A stretch of DNA of 64,000 nucleotides from Psammoneis japonica (lineage: Eukaryota), in contig QPGO01000020.1 of the NCBI GenBank assembly GCA_008632985.1, forward strand, positions 62,001-126,000. Direction: 5' to 3'. The translations under genes and the position numbers were made by a program. Numbering within the stretch: the first letter of the stretch is position 1; each line of letters opens with the position of its first letter. Of the stretch, positions 59,988 through 64,000 are shown piece by piece. The notes below the pieces were generated by a model that saw only the letters and a list, made by a program, of their open reading frames with translations, did not search any database and was not told the origin of the DNA.

Positions 59988-61406
59988 CTACGCATCTTTT
60001 CCTGATGCTATTCGCTCCACGTGTTGTTTTCCAGAGAAGGACTGCAGTATGGCACTCAGGACCTTTACGTTCGCAATGAAGAATCCAACCGAGGCAACAA
60101 AGACCAGTCTGTGTACAGCAATACCCTGCATCTCCAAACAGTAGGCACACGCTAGCCAAAAGGCTACAGACATGAGCAAGACGGCGATCGCTCGCCCGAG
60201 CCTCTTATCAAGGGTTACAGTCTGACTGCACAAAGGTAGTAAACATAGATACCAGGTAAAGTACTGAGCCGTAATAACCTTGTTGAAAGCCACAAACAGG
60301 TATGTTTGCACAAATAGACAAAAGCACAAATCGTGCGGTCCAATACCCAGACTGCTGTACAGCAATAATGTCGCTTGTGGCAACAGCAAGAGGCGTCCTA
60401 CCCATGACAAGACTTGGCTGTCGGTGCCTTTCCCTCGAATCAAATAGATGGAGTACCAAAAGATGGAGTAGTTGTGGCGGTGATCAATCCGTGACAAATG
60501 ATAAACCGTACCCTCCTGGAAAGCTTGGAACCCATACATTGCCACAGACAACCAAGTAAGAAATGAAGCGGTGACAACAAATGACACAAAGAAGAGCAGC
60601 GGCAAAGGTGAAGTCATTCGTTTGAACCAAAGCAGACCGAAATCCCACAAACACATTGCCAATGGCCTCTGTTGATGCTTTCCTCTTTGTTGTCTTTGGC
60701 TTGGCTGTGTTGGTAAGGGTAAATCACCCCCGAAGAATGCCATGTACGATAAGGAGTAAATGATGGGGTAGAGCTTGGAATGGACGGCAATGCCATGCCA
60801 CACGCCAGCTAGCACGGCTCTGATGAAGGAAGATCGTTTTCCTTGAGAGGAGGTCGCAGTGTTACCATGAGTTGTAACGAGTGCCACCGTCAAGAGAACC
60901 GGTAACAGCACAATCAGACTTTCGGCAGAGCCTCGCGTACAAATATTAATGGCGAAGGGATTGAACATCCACCATAGCAAGTCTCGAAACTGAAGCTCGG
61001 TTTGCTTGTCCTGTCCTTCACCTTTCGCTCGTTGCTTCTGCTTTCGTTGTTTCTGTCTCAGCTTGCAGATTATCCATCCACACACGGCATCGGCAAAGCA
61101 GATCAAATACCGACCACCGTTGTCGGAGCGAACTGCTCGATTCACCTTCGAAATGCCCAGGGCCAAAAACGGGGTGTACCGATAGGTGTGCCGTTCAAAG
61201 GGAGATTTTCCCGCGGCAACCAGATTTGCAGCATCGGTAAAGACATGGTAATCAATATCAGTATAGGCGACCCCAGGAATCCAGAGACCGTCATCGAGCA
61301 ACCACGGTAGGAACCAAGCCAAGAAGAGTCGAAGTACAACGCCAGCAAGAAACCCGTGCTTCACAAGCAACCTGGCTGCTTCCTTTTGCACCGCAACAAG
61401 CGGCAT
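59988..61406 (-). CDS. PIGM: GPI mannosyltransferase I (PIG-M/Gpi14), 472 aa
   Basis: YTDIDYHVFTDAA, SPFERHTYRYTP, TRGSAES, HSKLYPIIY, RIDHRHNYS and FNKVITAQYFTWY motifs; multi-pass membrane protein. Confidence 0.95.
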   Translation of the reverse strand: MPLVAVQKEAARLLVKHGFLAGVVLRLFLAWFLPWLLDDGLWIPGVAYTDIDYHVFTDAANLVAAGKSPFERHTYRYTPFLALGISKVNRAVRSDNGGRYLICFADAVCGWIICKLRQKQRKQKQRAKGEGQDKQTELQFRDLLWWMFNPFAINICTRGSAESLIVLLPVLLTVALVTTHGNTATSSQGKRSSFIRAVLAGVWHGIAVHSKLYPIIYSLSYMAFFGGDLPLPTQPSQRQQRGKHQQRPLAMCLWDFGLLWFKRMTSPLPLLFFVSFVVTASFLTWLSVAMYGFQAFQEGTVYHLSRIDHRHNYSIFWYSIYLIRGKGTDSQVLSWVGRLLLLPQATLLLYSSLGIGPHDLCFCLFVQTYLFVAFNKVITAQYFTWYLCLLPLCSQTVTLDKRLGRAIAVLLMSVAFWLACAYCLEMQGIAVHRLVFVASVGFFIANVKVLSAILQSFSGKQHVERIASGKDA

Positions 61407-61914
61407 GGTTTAGAATCTCCTCGCCTCTCAAAGTACCACAAAGAAGCCAGTCCTACACTATTATGTATACGGTAATCGAGACAGTCCCGTACTGTATCCA
61501 ATTGATTCGAGCAATGCTATGAATAGCTTGTTGATGTTGATTTTGAATTTGATGGCTGCTGCAATTTGAATTCAGTCGTAGTCGGTTGTGCTTTTTGTGT
61601 GGTGTGGTGATAATAATACCGCAGTACCGCAGTAATAGACTTGATCTACCAGAAGGGGTGGCTTTTTCAGTTGTTGTTACTGCAACATCCTGCCTTGTGT
61701 TGAGCCTTTGTTTTTTGTTATTTTGTGTTCTGGATGGCCGCGCGGGGAAATGGCGTAACGAACAAGTGGGGTTGTTGCTTTTCCTAAGATTTTAGAAAAG
61801 AGAAAAAGGAGTGTCGGAGGGAGTTTCGATATTCCAAATTTTCGGGTTTCGGGTTGTCAATCTCCCCATGGCATGGAGGGCGTCACGAAACTGTAGTGCC
61901 AGTACTGTCATATA

Positions 61915-62301
61915 ATGCGAGCCTCTCCTAGTAGAAAGACGACTCGTCCTCTGATCCAAGAAATCGAGCCAACAACGTCGATTTTGACGATACCACAAGA
62001 ACGAACGCAGCGGTGGTGGAACTGGATTACAAATCCGAGCGATCATATCAATTTCGAAGTTGTCTGCGTGGTGTACTCTTTGGGAACTTTTCTGGCGCTA
62101 TTCTTGTATGGAGCGCAAGTTTATCGCACAAGGGTTGACCCATTGGCAGGTTATTCTCTTTCATTTCTTGATGGCAGTTATGTGGTTTTTGTCCCCTTTT
62201 GCCCGTCACTCGTGTGGAGCCTTGTCATGAGGCGACAGCAACGAGCGAATAACACCACAGGAGAAAAACTAAAAACCAAAGACGGGCTAAAGGATGAGTA
62301 A
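61915..62301 (+). CDS. Small hypothetical membrane protein, 128 aa
   Basis: ORF in a normal-composition block with two hydrophobic segments, divergent from PIG-M. Confidence 0.5.
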   Translation: MRASPSRKTTRPLIQEIEPTTSILTIPQERTQRWWNWITNPSDHINFEVVCVVYSLGTFLALFLYGAQVYRTRVDPLAGYSLSFLDGSYVVFVPFCPSLVWSLVMRRQQRANNTTGEKLKTKDGLKDE

Positions 62302-63042
62302 TTTTGTCTATCTGCATGAGGTATGAGATATCTATTGAGGACACCATATGCTGTACGATAAAGCAAGCCGAATCGTCCAGACTCGCCGACCTAGAGATGA
62401 GATTGCGGCTCGCAGCCATCATTTTGCTCCACAAGCTATCACTAACTTTCAAGCTGTTTTGCATCTAGAGAGTTGCTCTTCTTGTTCTCGCGTGCTTAAC
62501 CGCAATTCATGTCGTTTTACAGTGCTGATGTGGACTGTCTGTGTCTGCAGTGAGCTCGGGTCTTCATTTGGCATCCACCAGTCAATGCCGCTGAGGACGA
62601 TGAAGCGCTGTGCTCCTGCATCGTCGCCTCACCACACATGCCACTACATGGACTTTTCGTCTCTTCCAATAGGAGGCTAAGGTCAGACTGCGCCAACTCA
62701 CTGACAACGCAACTGTTCTATGAACCGCCATTTGGCCCTTAATTTTCCAGTTACTGTGCAGTCGAGTCCTGTTTAGGCAGAAATTGACCTGTACAATAGA
62801 TTTGGCCATCTCCTATCTATCGCGTACAGTGAATTACTTACCTCCACTGACATGAACTAGAGTTTAGCTAGTAGGCCCTACGCTCAGGATGACGGTCTCC
62901 TTTGTCTCCCTCTAGATTGCGCGACGTGTTGCATACTAGCGGAAACGATAGGGTAAGAAACATTTGCCACCATATCGAATTGACCTATGTAAGTGAATTT
63001 TATTCAGCGAAACCTACAGACTAGATCATTCAGGGATTGCAA

Positions 63043-63999
63043 CTACATGATGCTGGGAAAGTCCTGGTCCATGTTAGTGAAAGATGAAGCCATGCTGTCC
63101 ATCTCTCGATCAACACTTGTATCAACGGATGCGGCAGGTGGAGTTTGAGTTTCTTCTCGCTTCGTCGCAGCTGATGCTTTGCGCTTCTTGTTCACGTCCT
63201 TTTTGGGAAGCGCTCCCTTGAGCAACAATGTTTCCTTGTCTTTTCCTTCAATTCCTAGCGGTAAATGATACTGACGTCCTAGATAGTTCCATTCATTACC
63301 AGATAAGCCAAAGACTCGATCAATCGCTTTCAGCTTTCGTACAAAGACAGAGTCCTCGAGAGACCAGTCGCCTTTCTTCTGGTAAGTTCTTTTCTCCAAA
63401 TCATCTTGAGGCGGCGCTGCTTCAATCAATGGGAGTTTACAAAACTCGTCGCTCGTCAAATCAGCAGATGATGACAGAAAGAATAGTCCCGCCATGACGT
63501 ATTCTTTGCAATCCATGTGAGGAGGCACGTGTCTCGGACTAACGTTTCCGCAGCAACTTCTCAATAGCTGTCGAGTTGAGACGGGTGCTCCTTGCGAAAT
63601 GACTCGCAACAGGGAGACAAACAGACAATCATTGCTCTCACTGGTATCATTAGTCAATATGCTTTTGTCGAGGAATGGTTTCTTTCCAGTCTCTACATCC
63701 GAGTCCTCATGCTGGCGCAAGAGATTCTCTAAAAGAGATTTGGCAGCGGTACTCATCGTGGGGGACGATAAATGTGAGGCTGCGTATCCACTCCACTTTT
63801 TCCGTTTCTTCACGTTCGACAAGCTCTTGTAGCATTCAAGCTCTTGGGGAGTCCATGGGTATGGTGTCGCTAGTGGGAGATTGCCGCTCATGTCGGCCAT
63901 TTTGCTGCTTTGCTGTATCTCGTCTTCAATGTTGTCCTTTGTCCTCTCGAAATCGATTGGAGAGTGAATGTTGTTTTGACGAATTACAATTTCTGCCAC
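63043..63999 (-). CDS. Hypothetical protein; start uncertain (ATG ~63900 or beyond the window)
   Basis: 318-aa open frame with normal composition and an NLS-like KKRK. No family recognised. Confidence 0.6.
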   Translation of the reverse strand: MAEIVIRQNNIHSPIDFERTKDNIEDEIQQSSKMADMSGNLPLATPYPWTPQELECYKSLSNVKKRKKWSGYAASHLSSPTMSTAAKSLLENLLRQHEDSDVETGKKPFLDKSILTNDTSESNDCLFVSLLRVISQGAPVSTRQLLRSCCGNVSPRHVPPHMDCKEYVMAGLFFLSSSADLTSDEFCKLPLIEAAPPQDDLEKRTYQKKGDWSLEDSVFVRKLKAIDRVFGLSGNEWNYLGRQYHLPLGIEGKDKETLLLKGALPKKDVNKKRKASAATKREETQTPPAASVDTSVDREMDSMASSFTNMDQDFPSIM

Positions 64000-64000
64000 G

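Overview
Eukaryotic genomic DNA, most likely from a pennate diatom (inferred from short GT-AG introns, signal-plus-transit targeting peptides and CoDi-like Copia remnants). The window alternates between two compartments. (a) Gene blocks with ordinary dinucleotide composition: ~4.2-6.5 kb, ~25.5-41.2 kb, ~45.8-47.0 kb and ~56.9-64 kb. They hold a diatom TPR-like gene, a thylakoid-lumen protein gene with a 24-nt microexon, an MJ1316+GGQ release-factor fusion, a double-flavodoxin MTRR-like reductase, an intact DDE-like transposase, a TSR1 pseudogene, a Cys/His-rich surface protein, a PUB protein, a beta-propeller hydrolase and PIG-M. (b) Repeat blocks: ~1-4.2 kb, ~6.6-25.4 kb, ~41.3-45.7 kb and ~47.0-56.9 kb. 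They hold a full-length Ty3/Gypsy element, a Tc1/mariner-like element, a disrupted Copia, tandem arrays and inverted repeats. The main result is that in the repeat blocks TpA dinucleotides have been almost completely converted to TpG or CpA. Tyr codons became Cys/His, TAA/TAG stops vanished, an expected TA target-site duplication reads TG/CA, and paired LTRs/TIRs differ at TA sites. The direction is opposite to fungal RIP, and the process is separable from CpG decay. This suggests a repeat-targeted A:T->G:C hypermutation genome-defence system. No enzyme for it can be identified in this window.
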